NCBI GenBank assembly: GCA_963422615.1
Contig: OY730414.1
Location: 2,216,302-2,280,301 of the forward strand
DNA: 64,000 nucleotides
From: Longimicrobiales bacterium
GTDB taxonomy: Bacteria; Gemmatimonadota; Gemmatimonadetes; Longimicrobiales; Gaopeijiaceae
Reading direction: 5' to 3'
A program made the position numbers and the translations under genes. The notes below the pieces were generated by a model. That model was not told where the DNA came from, made no database searches, and saw nothing but the letters and a program-made list of their open reading frames with translations. Of this stretch, positions 7,646-17,765 are shown piece by piece. Within the stretch, counting starts at the first letter, position 1. The number at the start of each line of letters is the position of its first letter.

Positions 7646-9846
7646 ATGAGTGGCGCTGCGGGTTCCATCACGTCCACGTCGACCGGGTTCCCCCGGTCGA
7701 CATTTCCCCCGTCCGCCACCCCGGGGCGACGGGCGCACCAGAAGGTTCCAGCCGGGCACAAGTACGCCCAGGGACTTCCGGGGCGGCGCTACTACGAGAA
7801 CGGCTTCACGCCGGATCCGGGGTCAGACACCCGAGGCCTTCGAGACGCTCCCCGGCGGCAACCGAAGCGCCTTGCACTCCCGACCCCCCGCGGGCCCGAA
7901 TTCCCTCCCTTTTGTGCCTTGCCGCCTTGGCGTCGGCCGCCTGGCCGCTTCCAGCCCAGGAACCCATAAGCCTGAAGGGACTGGTGGTCACCGCCAGCCG
8001 AAGTCCCCAGCCGGAATGGAGCGTGGCGGCCCATACCACCGTCATCAGCGGGGAAGAAATGGAACGGGCCGGAATCGAATACGTCGCCGACGCCCTCCGG
8101 CGGCTGTCGGGGCTGGCCGTCGTACGCAACGGTTCCTTCGGCGCGGTCACGTCGGTGTTTGTGCGCGGGGGAGAGTCGGACCATGTCCAGGTTCTGGTTG
8201 ACGGCTTGGCCGTGAACGAACCCGGAGGCAACTTCGACTTCGGCTCCCTGACCACCGACAATGTTGAGCGCATCGAAGTGGTACGGGGACCGCTATCGGC
8301 CCTCTACGGATCCGACGCCACGAGCGGCATCATTCACATCTTTACCCGGCGGGGGACCGGCCAACCCCGCTGGACGCTGTCCCTGTCCCGCGGCAGCTTT
8401 GCCACCCGACGGTGGCAAGGAGGCGTTTCGGGGGGAACCGGTGTCCTGTCCTACGCCTTCTCTCTGGGCCGCAACGAAACCGACGGGATCCTGGACTTCA
8501 ACAACGACTTTCGGCAGACCACGGGGACGGGCCGCGTCCATGGACAGCTGGATCCGCGAACCGATGCGGTCCTTGCCCTTCGCTACGAGGATCGGCGCTT
8601 TCATTTCCCCACGGACGGGTCCGGGACCCCGACGGACCACAACGCCTATACCTTCGGGGATGCCCTTTCTGCCCACATTGACGCCGGAAGGCGCTGGACC
8701 GAGTCCTTCGAGACCCGGGTTGCGCTGATTCTTCGCGAAACGGACGCGGGCACCGACGATACCTCCGACCACCCTGGAGACACGCTGGGCTCCTTCGGCT
8801 TCAAGAGCCTGGACGATGTCCGCCGCGCGGGAGCCCATGTGCGGGCGGTGTGGAAAACCGGAGGAGGCACGACCCTTGCCACAGGATACGAGATGGAGCA
8901 GCAGTCGGTCCGAGGCTTCAGTCGGTCTTTTTCTCAGTACGGCACTCCGGCGGCCAGCTCGGAAAGCGAACGTCGAAACCGAGCGGCCTACGTCCGATTT
9001 ACGGGAATCCGGCGGGGAGCGGCCCTGAACGCGGGCCTGCGCGTGGAGGACAACGACCAGTTCGGGACCGCGGCGACGTATCGGGTGGGAGTGGTTTGGC
9101 GGTCCGCTTTCGGGCACACCCGCCTCCGGGCGTCGGTAGGCACCGGGATCAAGGAGCCCACCTTCGTCGAAACCCGCGCGACGGGCTTCGCCACGGGAAA
9201 CCCCGACCTGGGGCCGGAGAAGTCTGCCGGCTTCGAGGTGGGGGCAGACCGGGAACTGGGCGCGGCCAGGCTTTCCCTGACAGCGTTTCGCCAGCGTTAC
9301 CGGGACCTGATCCAATACACCGCTTCTCCGCCTGTGCCGAACGGCCCCAACTTCTACAACGTCGCGAGGGCGTCCAGCCGGGGACTGGAGGCCGAAGCGG
9401 AGGTCGGCGCGCGTGGGTTCCGTTTCTCGGGGCGGTACACTTGGCTGGACACCCAGGTCGAAGATGCGGGCTTTGACGAAGGGCCCGGCGCGTCTTTCGT
9501 GGCCGGCCAACCCCTGCTGCGCAGGCCGAGGCACGCCGTCGCGGGGACGGCGTTTGTCCGCCTGGGAGACCGGGTGGGACTCGACCTGGACGCCCGCAGG
9601 GTCGGAGAACGGGAAGACCGGGACTTCGCTACCTATCCCGCAACGCCCGTCACCCTGCCCGCCTACCTGGTGGTGGATCTTGCGGCCAGCTTCGAAGTGA
9701 CGGGGGCCCAAGGACGCGCTCGGGTCACCTTCACCGTGCGCGGTGAGAACCTTTTTGACCGGAGCTACGAGGAGGCTTGGGGGTTCCGCGTCCCGGGGCG
9801 AGGGGTCTACTTCGGCGGCCGCGTTGCGGTCGGAGGGGGCGAGTGA
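7646..9846 (+). CDS. btuB: TonB-dependent cobalamin receptor, BtuB-like (5' end uncertain; best RBS-ATG is out of frame)
   Basis: TonB box LVVTASR; plug motifs VFVRGGESDHVQVLVDG and VERIEVVRGPLSALYGSDA; GNPDLGPEKS; ENLFDRSY; downstream of a B12 riboswitch. Confidence 0.85.
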
Positions 9847-10111
9847 CCCCTAAAGGGAGCCGCATTCGACCCTCCGACATGGACGCCGACGGCGCCCTGT
9901 GGGCGATCCGCCTTTCTGCCCGAGGCCTCTTCGTCCTCGGGAACGCCCCTTTGCGTCCAGGGAAATGCGGAGCCTTGACCCGCCAGGCCCCGCTCGGGCC
10001 AGGGACTTGGGGCACTTTCGAAAAGCGCACGCCGGTGGTACCTATTTCGTTTGCGCCCCGCCGCCCGTGCCTTGACGCCGAACGACTCGCCTCCCCGGCG
10101 TACCCCTTGCC

Positions 10112-11815
10112 ATGCCCTGCCCCGCCCACATCCCCGCCCTCCTCCAGAGGGGCGCCGACGATGACCTCGCCTTCTCGGGTCCCGGTCGCCCGGACCTGAC
10201 GTACGGCGAACTTCGCCGACAGGTGGAACGGACCGTGGCCGGGCTCAACCAGCGGGGCATCGGCCGGGGGGACAGGGTGGCCATCGTCCTTCCAAACGGG
10301 CCCGAAATGGCAAGCGCCTTCGTGTCCGTCGCCGCCGGGGCCACCACCGCCCCCCTGAACCCCGCATACACCGAATCGGAGTTCGCCTTCTACCTCCAGG
10401 ACCTGGGCGCCAAGGCGTTGATCCTGGCGGAAGGGGCCAACTCCCCTGCTAGGGCCGCTGCGGCCGGGCTGGGCGTGCGCGTGTTGGAAGCGCATATTCT
10501 CCCCGACCTGCCGGCGGGAAGCTTCGACTTCGCCGGGGAGCCCGGGAAGGACACCGTGGAGCGGCCGGATCCGGCAGAACCCGACGATGTGGCCCTCGTA
10601 CTCCACACTTCAGGCACGACTTCCCGGCCCAAGATCGTACCCCTCCTCCAGCGAAACATCTGTGTCGCCGCCCGCAACATTCGGAACTCTCTGAGGCTCG
10701 GGCCCCGGGATCGCTGCCTGAACGTCATGCCCCTCTTCCACGTCCATGGCCTCCTGGCCTGCGTCCTCTCGACCCTGAGCGCGGGAGCAAGCCTGTACTG
10801 CCCGCCCGGGTTCAACGCGCTGAAGTTTTTCCGCTGGCTCGACGAATGCGACCCCACCTGGTATTCGGCAGTTCCGACCATGCACCAGGCCATCCTGGCA
10901 AGGGCAAATCGCAACAGGGAAGCCGTGCGGCGCCCGAAACTCCGTTTCATTCGGTCTTCTTCGGCCCCGCTTCCGGTGCGCGTCGCTCACGAGCTCGAAG
11001 CGACCTTCGGGGTCCCCGTTGTCGAGGCCTACGCCATGACCGAGGCCGCCCACCAGATCACCTGCAACCCCCTCCCCCCCGCGCCCCGCAAGGTCGGGAC
11101 CGTTGGCGTGGCGGCGGGTCCCGAAGTCTCGGTTGTGGACGAAGACGGGAATCACCTGGATCCGGGCCGGACCGGCGAAATCGTGATCCGGGGACCCACC
11201 GTCACCCCCGGATACGAGCACAGGCCGGCGGCGAACGAGGCCGCCTTCACGAACGGGTGGTTCCGCACGGGCGATCAAGGCCTTCGGGACGAAGAGGGAT
11301 ACGTCACGATCACGGGACGCCTCAAGGAAGTCATCAACCGGGGCGGGGAAAAAATCTCTCCCCGGGAAGTGGACGAAGTCCTCATGGACCATCCGGAGGT
11401 CCGCCAGGCCGTCACCTTCGCCGTTCCCCACGACCAGCTGGGCGAGGAAGTGGGCGCAGCGGTGGTGCTTCGCAAAGGCGGTGCCTCCCCGGGGGGGAGA
11501 GGGGACGCCGCCGTCGTCCGGGAAGGGGAGGGCGCCTTGCTCAGGGGCGGGAAGAGCCGGGCCCCGGCGGCAACGGACCCGGCGATGGCGTGGGAGCCAG
11601 CTGTGATCGTCACCGAGATCCGGAACTTCGCCGCCACCCGCCTTGCCCCGTTCAAGGTCCCCCGCAGGGTTTGGGTCCTGGACGAGATCCCGCGGGGGCC
11701 CACCGGCAAGGTACCCCGGCTCACCATGGCAGAACGGCTGGGGTTGGGCCGCTCGAAGGGGCGCCGATCCCAGGCTGGAACGAGGAGCGCCGCCGTCCGA
11801 ACGCTCCCGAAATGA
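10112..11815 (+). CDS. Acyl-CoA synthetase, oxalate-CoA ligase / peroxisomal CoA synthetase-like
   Basis: AMP-binding motif LHTSGTTSRPKIVPL; MPLFHVHGL, TWYSAVPTMHQ, LRFIRSSSA, EAYAMTEAAHQ, WFRTGDQG, PTGK. Confidence 0.85.
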   Translation: MPCPAHIPALLQRGADDDLAFSGPGRPDLTYGELRRQVERTVAGLNQRGIGRGDRVAIVLPNGPEMASAFVSVAAGATTAPLNPAYTESEFAFYLQDLGAKALILAEGANSPARAAAAGLGVRVLEAHILPDLPAGSFDFAGEPGKDTVERPDPAEPDDVALVLHTSGTTSRPKIVPLLQRNICVAARNIRNSLRLGPRDRCLNVMPLFHVHGLLACVLSTLSAGASLYCPPGFNALKFFRWLDECDPTWYSAVPTMHQAILARANRNREAVRRPKLRFIRSSSAPLPVRVAHELEATFGVPVVEAYAMTEAAHQITCNPLPPAPRKVGTVGVAAGPEVSVVDEDGNHLDPGRTGEIVIRGPTVTPGYEHRPAANEAAFTNGWFRTGDQGLRDEEGYVTITGRLKEVINRGGEKISPREVDEVLMDHPEVRQAVTFAVPHDQLGEEVGAAVVLRKGGASPGGRGDAAVVREGEGALLRGGKSRAPAATDPAMAWEPAVIVTEIRNFAATRLAPFKVPRRVWVLDEIPRGPTGKVPRLTMAERLGLGRSKGRRSQAGTRSAAVRTLPK

Positions 11816-12852
11816 GAGTCGCCATTTACGGAGCCGGCGCGACCGGCGGTTTCATGGGCGCCAAGCTTGCCGGGATCGGCGTGGACACAACGCTGATCGC
11901 CCGGGGACCTCATTTGGAGGCCATGAAGAGGAACGGCGTCACCCTCCTGGCGGGAAACGATGGCTTCGATGTGCGGCCCTTCTGTACCGGCAACCCGGCG
12001 GAGGCCGGGCCCCAGGACTTCGTCATCATCACCCTGAAGGCCCATTCGGCAACAGAGGTCGTTGACGACATGCAACCGCTGTTGGGGCCCCGAACCGCCG
12101 TGGTGACCGCCCAGAACGGGTTGCCCTGGTGGTACTTCCACAAGGAGGGAAGCGCTTGGGAAGGACGCCGCCTGGAGAGCGTCGACCCCGGGGGGCGCCA
12201 GTGGGACGGGATCGGACCCCAGAGGGCCATCGGTTGCGTCGTCTACGCCGCCACCGAGATCGCCCGGCCGGGCGTCATCCGTCACTTATACGGGAACCGC
12301 TTCACCCTGGGGGAGCCTTCGGGAGAGAAGACCGACCGGGTCAGGGCCTTGAGCCGGGCATTCGCCGACGCCGGACTTCGTGCACCCGTCCGGTCCATTC
12401 GGGAGGAGATCTGGATCAAGCTGTGGGGCAACCTCTCCTTCAACCCCATCAGCGCCCTCACGCTGGCCACGCTGGCCACCGTCGCCACCGATGCGGGTAC
12501 GCAGGCCGTCGCAAGGGCCATGATGCTGGAAGCCAAGGGAATCGGAGAAGCCCTGGGGCTCCGGTTCAGGATCGGCATCGATCGGCGGATCGAAGGCACC
12601 GCGAAGGTCGGGGCCCATCGAACCTCCATGCTCCAGGACCTGGAAGCGGGACGAACGATGGAGATCGACGCCATTGTAACCGCCGTGCAGGAAATCGGTC
12701 GCCTGGTCCAGGTCCCCACGCCGACCATCGACGTCGTGCTCGCCTTGATCCGCCAGCGGGCGACGGTCGCGGGGTTGTACCCGCCCCAGGATCGGCAGCA
12801 ACCCCTCATGAGGAGACCTGGTACCTTCCCTCAAGGTCGAAACCCGGACTAG
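11812..12852 (+). CDS. Ketopantoate reductase family protein (PanE2 / oxalyl-CoA reductase-like)
   Basis: ATG overlaps the ligase stop (ATGA); GAGATGG, IARGPHL, AQNGLPWWYF, EIWIKLWGNLSFNPISALT, HRTSMLQDLE. Confidence 0.85.
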   Translation: MRVAIYGAGATGGFMGAKLAGIGVDTTLIARGPHLEAMKRNGVTLLAGNDGFDVRPFCTGNPAEAGPQDFVIITLKAHSATEVVDDMQPLLGPRTAVVTAQNGLPWWYFHKEGSAWEGRRLESVDPGGRQWDGIGPQRAIGCVVYAATEIARPGVIRHLYGNRFTLGEPSGEKTDRVRALSRAFADAGLRAPVRSIREEIWIKLWGNLSFNPISALTLATLATVATDAGTQAVARAMMLEAKGIGEALGLRFRIGIDRRIEGTAKVGAHRTSMLQDLEAGRTMEIDAIVTAVQEIGRLVQVPTPTIDVVLALIRQRATVAGLYPPQDRQQPLMRRPGTFPQGRNPD

Positions 12853-12877
12853 ATTGACGCCCATGAAGCAAGAAATC

Positions 12878-14707
12878 ATGAAGCCCACCGACACGCGGGA
12901 TCCCCGCCACTACCACCGCGTCGTTGACTGCCAGTGGGGTTGTCCCGCCCACACGGACATTCCCGAATACATCCGCCTCATCGCCAACGGGCAGTACACC
13001 GAATCCTACCTGCTGAATCGAAAGTCCAACGTCTTCCCCGGGATCCTGGGCCGTACCTGCGACCGCCCGTGCGAGCCCGTGTGCAGGCGGGTGCGCCTGG
13101 ATGGGGAACCGGTGGCGATTTGTCGGCTCAAGCGGGTCGCCGCCGACCTTCGGGACGACATTCGGCCGTTCCTTCCCCGGATTCCCGAAGCGAAAATCGG
13201 AAAGAAGATCGCATGCATCGGCGCCGGGGCGGCGTCTCTGACGGTGGCCAACGATCTTATGCCCTTGGGATATGAAGTCACCATCCTGGAGAAGCTCTCC
13301 GAGCCTGGCGGTCTGATGTGGACCAACATCCCGGAGTTCAGGCTCCCGGCGAAGGTACTCTGGGAGGAGATCGCGTACATCACGGACATGGGTGTGGACC
13401 TTCGCCTGAACAGCCCCGTCGACAGCCTGGCCTCCTTCCTGGAAGAGGACTACGACGCCGTCTTCATCGGGTCCGGAGCGCCCAAGGGGAAGGAGCTGGA
13501 CATCCCGGGGCGGCGGGATTCGGACCGGATCCACATCGGCATCGAATGGCTGGAGTCCGTGCGCTTCGGCCACATCGATCGGTGCGGAGACCGAGTGCTG
13601 GTGATCGGCGTGGGAAACACGGCCATGGACTGCTGCCGGACCGCCCAGCGGCTGGGGGCAAAGGACGTCAAGGTCATGGCCCGGAAGACCAAGCCCTACT
13701 TCAAGGCGTCTCCCTGGGAGCTGGAAGACGCCGTGGAAGAGCGGGTAGAAATCTTGGAGAACCACGCGCCCTCCCGATTCATTGTCGAGAACGGCAAACT
13801 GACGGGCATGGTGTTCGAACGGGTGCGCTGGCACCCAGCGCCGGACGGGCGCCTTCGGAGCGAGACCCTGGACAGCACCGTCATCGAATGCGACGAGGTG
13901 ATCCTCGCCATCGGGCAAGACACGGCGTTTCCGTGGATCGAACGGAACATCGGGATCGACTTCAACAAATGGGACATGCCGGTTGTCGACAAGACCACCT
14001 TCATGACCACTCGCGCCGGCGTGTTCGTGGGCGGAGACGCTGCGTGGGGCCCCGAAAACATCATCTGGGCGGTCGAACACGGCCACCAGGCAGCCATATC
14101 CATCCACGCATACTGCAACGGCGAATCCCTGCAAGACCGGCCGCCCCAGGGAATGAATCTGGCAAGCCAGAAAATGGGACTTCACGAGTGGATGTACTCC
14201 AACGACTACGATGAGGCCCAGCGCGCCAAGATGCGCCATGTGGACCTGGAAAAGCGGTTTCAGCGTCTGGACATCGAGGTCGAAGAAGGCTTCGACATCG
14301 AACAGTCGCTGGCCGAGGTGGAACGGTGTCTCAACTGCGATATTCAGACCCACTTCGAGGCGGACTTGTGCATTGAGTGCGACGCCTGCATCGACATCTG
14401 TCCCCTGGACTGCCTCACCATCACGCACAACGGACCTGAAGAGGAACTGACCCGGAGGCTCACCGCGCCACTTCTGCACCCGGAAGAGCCCCTTTTCGTA
14501 TCCCTGGATCTGCCCCAGACCGGCAGGATCATGGTAAAGGACGAAGACCTCTGCATCCACTGCGGCTTGTGCGCCGAGCGGTGTCCGACCGCGGCGTGGG
14601 ATATGCTCAAGTCGGACTTGTTGATCCCCTATGCCGGCTTGGAGGCGGGCAGCCTTCACCCGGACGAGGTCGTTCCCGGCAGCCCCGTCGCTGCGGAGTC
14701 CGCGTGA
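12878..14707 (+). CDS. GltD-like FAD/NADPH oxidoreductase fused to a 2[4Fe-4S] ferredoxin (KorC-like)
   Basis: CQWGCPAH and CDRPCEPVC FeS motifs; GAGAA and GVGNTAMD; C-terminal CIECDACIDICP and CIHCGLCAERCP. Alternative starts 12854 and 12863. Confidence 0.88.
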   Translation: MKPTDTRDPRHYHRVVDCQWGCPAHTDIPEYIRLIANGQYTESYLLNRKSNVFPGILGRTCDRPCEPVCRRVRLDGEPVAICRLKRVAADLRDDIRPFLPRIPEAKIGKKIACIGAGAASLTVANDLMPLGYEVTILEKLSEPGGLMWTNIPEFRLPAKVLWEEIAYITDMGVDLRLNSPVDSLASFLEEDYDAVFIGSGAPKGKELDIPGRRDSDRIHIGIEWLESVRFGHIDRCGDRVLVIGVGNTAMDCCRTAQRLGAKDVKVMARKTKPYFKASPWELEDAVEERVEILENHAPSRFIVENGKLTGMVFERVRWHPAPDGRLRSETLDSTVIECDEVILAIGQDTAFPWIERNIGIDFNKWDMPVVDKTTFMTTRAGVFVGGDAAWGPENIIWAVEHGHQAAISIHAYCNGESLQDRPPQGMNLASQKMGLHEWMYSNDYDEAQRAKMRHVDLEKRFQRLDIEVEEGFDIEQSLAEVERCLNCDIQTHFEADLCIECDACIDICPLDCLTITHNGPEEELTRRLTAPLLHPEEPLFVSLDLPQTGRIMVKDEDLCIHCGLCAERCPTAAWDMLKSDLLIPYAGLEAGSLHPDEVVPGSPVAAESA

Positions 14708-16623
14708 TGGCGGGGGTCCAGCCGACAAGCTCGCTCGGGGGGCCATCCGCCCCTCGGATCAACGACTTGGCCTTCAAGATCGGGACGGTGAACGGCACCG
14801 GATCCGCCAGCGCGAACGGTCTCTTGCGGCAAGCGATCTTCCGGATGGGCATTCCCGTGTCGGGCAAGAATCTGTTCCCCTCGAACATCCAGGGCTTGCC
14901 CACCTGGTACGAGATTCGGGCCAGCGGGAAGGGACACACGGCGCGCACGGCCCGCTTCGACCTGGTCGTGGCCATGAATCCGGCCAGCTACGCCCGGGAC
15001 ATCGAGGAGACAACGACGGGGGGATGGGTCCTTCACGACTCGAGCTGGCCTCTGCCCCGGGACTTGACCCGGGAGGACGTCCGCTTCCTGGGCATCCCCC
15101 TGGCCAAGATGGCGGTCGACAACTTCCAGGGGTCTCGGATCCGGGTGCTCATGAAGAACATCTGCTACGTCGGAGCCCTGGCCGCATTGCTCAAAATCGA
15201 CATCGACATCGTCAAAGAGCTGCTGACGGAAACCTTTGCATCGAAGCCGAAGCTCCTCGACTCCAACTTCTTGGCGATCGACCTGGGCTACGACTACGCA
15301 CGGGACGCCTTCGACTGTCCCCTTCCCGTGCATCTGGAACCGATGGAGGAAAACCACGATTCGATTCTCATTGACGGAAACACGGCGGCGGCCCTGGGCT
15401 GTCTCTACGCCGGAGCAACGGTGGCCGCCTGGTACCCTATCACACCGTCCACATCCCTGGTTGACGCCTTCACCGCCTTCTGCCTACGGCATCGAAAGGC
15501 TCCGGACACGGGGAAGAACCGCTTTGCCATCCTTCAAGCGGAAGACGAGCTGGCCGCGGCAGGCATGGTCCTCGGCGCGGGCTGGGCGGGGGCCCGGGCC
15601 TTCACTTCCACGAGTGGCGCCGGGCTGTCCCTCATGGGGGAGTTCATCGGCTTCGCCTACTACGCCGAGATTCCGGCGGTATTCTTCGATGTCCAGCGAG
15701 TGGGGCCGTCGACGGGGATGCCCACGAGGACCCAGCAAGGAGACATCCAGTTCGTCGCATACGCCTCCCATGGGGACACCAAGCACATCGTTCTGTTTCC
15801 CGCGGACCCCCGGGAGTGCTTCGACTTGGCCGTCCAGGCCTTCGACTTGGCGGATCGCTACCAGACACCCGTCTTCGTGCTGACGGACCTGGACATCGGC
15901 ATGAACGACTGGGTCGTGCCCAAGCTGGCGTGGGACGACGAATACCGGCCGGACCGGGGCAAGGTGCTTTCCTCGGACGAGTTGGAGGGAGCGGAGAGCT
16001 TCCACCGCTACCTGGATCCGGACGGTGACGGAATCCCCTGGCGCAGTCTGCCGGGGGTCCACCCGAAGGGGGCGTTCCTTACGCGGGGATCTGGGCACGA
16101 CCGATACGGAAACTACACGGAGGACTCGGAACCCTACACAGATGTCATGGATCGGATCCGCCGGAAAATCGACGGGGCGGCCCCTCGCCTGCCCGCCCCG
16201 GAAATTCACGTTCGGGACGGCGTCTCCTTGGGGTTGGTCACGGTGGGGAGTTGCCGCGGTGCGGTCCTGGAGGCCGTCGAAGCGCTCCGGAACCGGGGGG
16301 TCGCCGTGAACTATCTTCGGGTTCGGGCCTTCCCGTTCCATCCCCAGGTGGAAGACTTCCTGGAAAAGCACAAGGTCGTCTTCGTAGTGGAACAGAACCG
16401 AGACGGACAGCTTCGCAATCTCTTGGTCGCGGAGACCGGCGTACCGAAGCGCCGGCTCGTTTCCGTGCGCTACTACGGAGGGTTGCCCATGAGCTGCCAC
16501 CACGTTATTGACGGAATCGCCCCGTACCTGGATCCGGAGCCCGCTACGGGCCCCATCTCCACACACTCAAGCTCCGATCCGGATGCCCGAACCGCGCCCG
16601 CGCTTCAAGGAGCGGACCCTTGA
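14707..16623 (+). CDS. korA: 2-oxoacid:acceptor oxidoreductase alpha subunit (gamma-alpha fusion)
   Basis: GTVNGTGSAS, WYPITPSTS, QAEDELAA, QRVGPSTGMPTRTQQGD, VEQNRDGQL; ATG overlaps the previous TGA. Confidence 0.92.
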   Translation: MAGVQPTSSLGGPSAPRINDLAFKIGTVNGTGSASANGLLRQAIFRMGIPVSGKNLFPSNIQGLPTWYEIRASGKGHTARTARFDLVVAMNPASYARDIEETTTGGWVLHDSSWPLPRDLTREDVRFLGIPLAKMAVDNFQGSRIRVLMKNICYVGALAALLKIDIDIVKELLTETFASKPKLLDSNFLAIDLGYDYARDAFDCPLPVHLEPMEENHDSILIDGNTAAALGCLYAGATVAAWYPITPSTSLVDAFTAFCLRHRKAPDTGKNRFAILQAEDELAAAGMVLGAGWAGARAFTSTSGAGLSLMGEFIGFAYYAEIPAVFFDVQRVGPSTGMPTRTQQGDIQFVAYASHGDTKHIVLFPADPRECFDLAVQAFDLADRYQTPVFVLTDLDIGMNDWVVPKLAWDDEYRPDRGKVLSSDELEGAESFHRYLDPDGDGIPWRSLPGVHPKGAFLTRGSGHDRYGNYTEDSEPYTDVMDRIRRKIDGAAPRLPAPEIHVRDGVSLGLVTVGSCRGAVLEAVEALRNRGVAVNYLRVRAFPFHPQVEDFLEKHKVVFVVEQNRDGQLRNLLVAETGVPKRRLVSVRYYGGLPMSCHHVIDGIAPYLDPEPATGPISTHSSSDPDARTAPALQGADP

Positions 16624-17687
16624 CCTACATCGCCAAACCCCGGGTGCGCCACCCTGGACTCCCCACAAATCGGCTGGGGCTGACCCGCCGGGACTACGAG
16701 GGATCCATGTCCACCCTCTGCGCCGGGTGTGGTCACGACTCCATTACCGCGGCGATCGTGGAGGCGTTCTGGAAGCTGGAAACCCCGCCCCACATGGTGG
16801 CCAAGACGTCGGGGATCGGTTGTAGCGGGAAGACGCCGACCTACTTCCTGAAGGAGGCTCACGGGTTCAACGCTGTGCACGGGCGGATGCCGTCGGTCAC
16901 GACGGGAGCCCACGTGGCCAACCGGGACTTGGTGTGCATCGGGGTTTCGGGAGACGGGGACAGCCTCTCCATCGGCATGGGCCAGTTCGCCCACGTCATT
17001 CGGCGCAACGTGGACATGCTCTACGTGCTGGAGAACAACGGGGTGTACGGCCTGACCAAGGGGCAATTTTCCGCCTCCGCCGACCTGGGCACGAAGGCGA
17101 AACGAGGGGAGATCAACCGGGAACAGCCCATCGACCCGGTTCTCCTCGCCCTGACGCTGGGCGCCGGCTTCGTAGCTCGGAGCTTTTCGGGCGACAAGGA
17201 GCAGCTTGTCCCCATCCTCCAGGCAGGCCTTCGGCACAAGGGCTTCGCCCTGATTGACGTAATCTCTCCCTGTGTGACCTTCAACGATCACCGGGGCTCC
17301 ACGAAGAGCTACGCATTCACCCGGGACCACTACCACCCGCTTGTCTACGCCGACTTCGTTCCATCGGCGCCGGAAATCAAGACCTCATATGCTGCCGGAG
17401 ACTCAAACACGGTGAGACTGCACGACGGGAGCCGAATCAACTTCAGAAAGGTTCCCGATGACTACGACCCCCAGGATCGGACCCGGGTCTACGGGTACAT
17501 CCGGGAGAGGCAACAGGCCGGCGAAGTCGTGACCGGACTCCTCTTCGTCGAAGCGGCGGTTCCCGGACAAGACGCAGACCTTCACGGCATTCAGGGAACC
17601 GTGGATGAGCCCCTCGCCACCTACCCTTTCGGGGATCTGTGCCCCGGCGCCGATGCCCTGGAGGCCATCCAGGCCCGATTCCGGTAG
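16620..17687 (+). CDS. korB: 2-oxoacid:ferredoxin oxidoreductase beta subunit
   Basis: LCAGCGH, SGIGCS, HGRMPS; TPP-binding GDGD...NNGVYGLTKGQ; SPCVTFN. Confidence 0.93.
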   Translation: MTYIAKPRVRHPGLPTNRLGLTRRDYEGSMSTLCAGCGHDSITAAIVEAFWKLETPPHMVAKTSGIGCSGKTPTYFLKEAHGFNAVHGRMPSVTTGAHVANRDLVCIGVSGDGDSLSIGMGQFAHVIRRNVDMLYVLENNGVYGLTKGQFSASADLGTKAKRGEINREQPIDPVLLALTLGAGFVARSFSGDKEQLVPILQAGLRHKGFALIDVISPCVTFNDHRGSTKSYAFTRDHYHPLVYADFVPSAPEIKTSYAAGDSNTVRLHDGSRINFRKVPDDYDPQDRTRVYGYIRERQQAGEVVTGLLFVEAAVPGQDADLHGIQGTVDEPLATYPFGDLCPGADALEAIQARFR

Positions 17688-17765
17688 GGGCTCGCTCGCC
17701 TGGGGATCCTTTCTCACCCTCGGTCCGCAAGGCCCCGTCCGTCCCACAAGACCCGGTCTGGCGGT

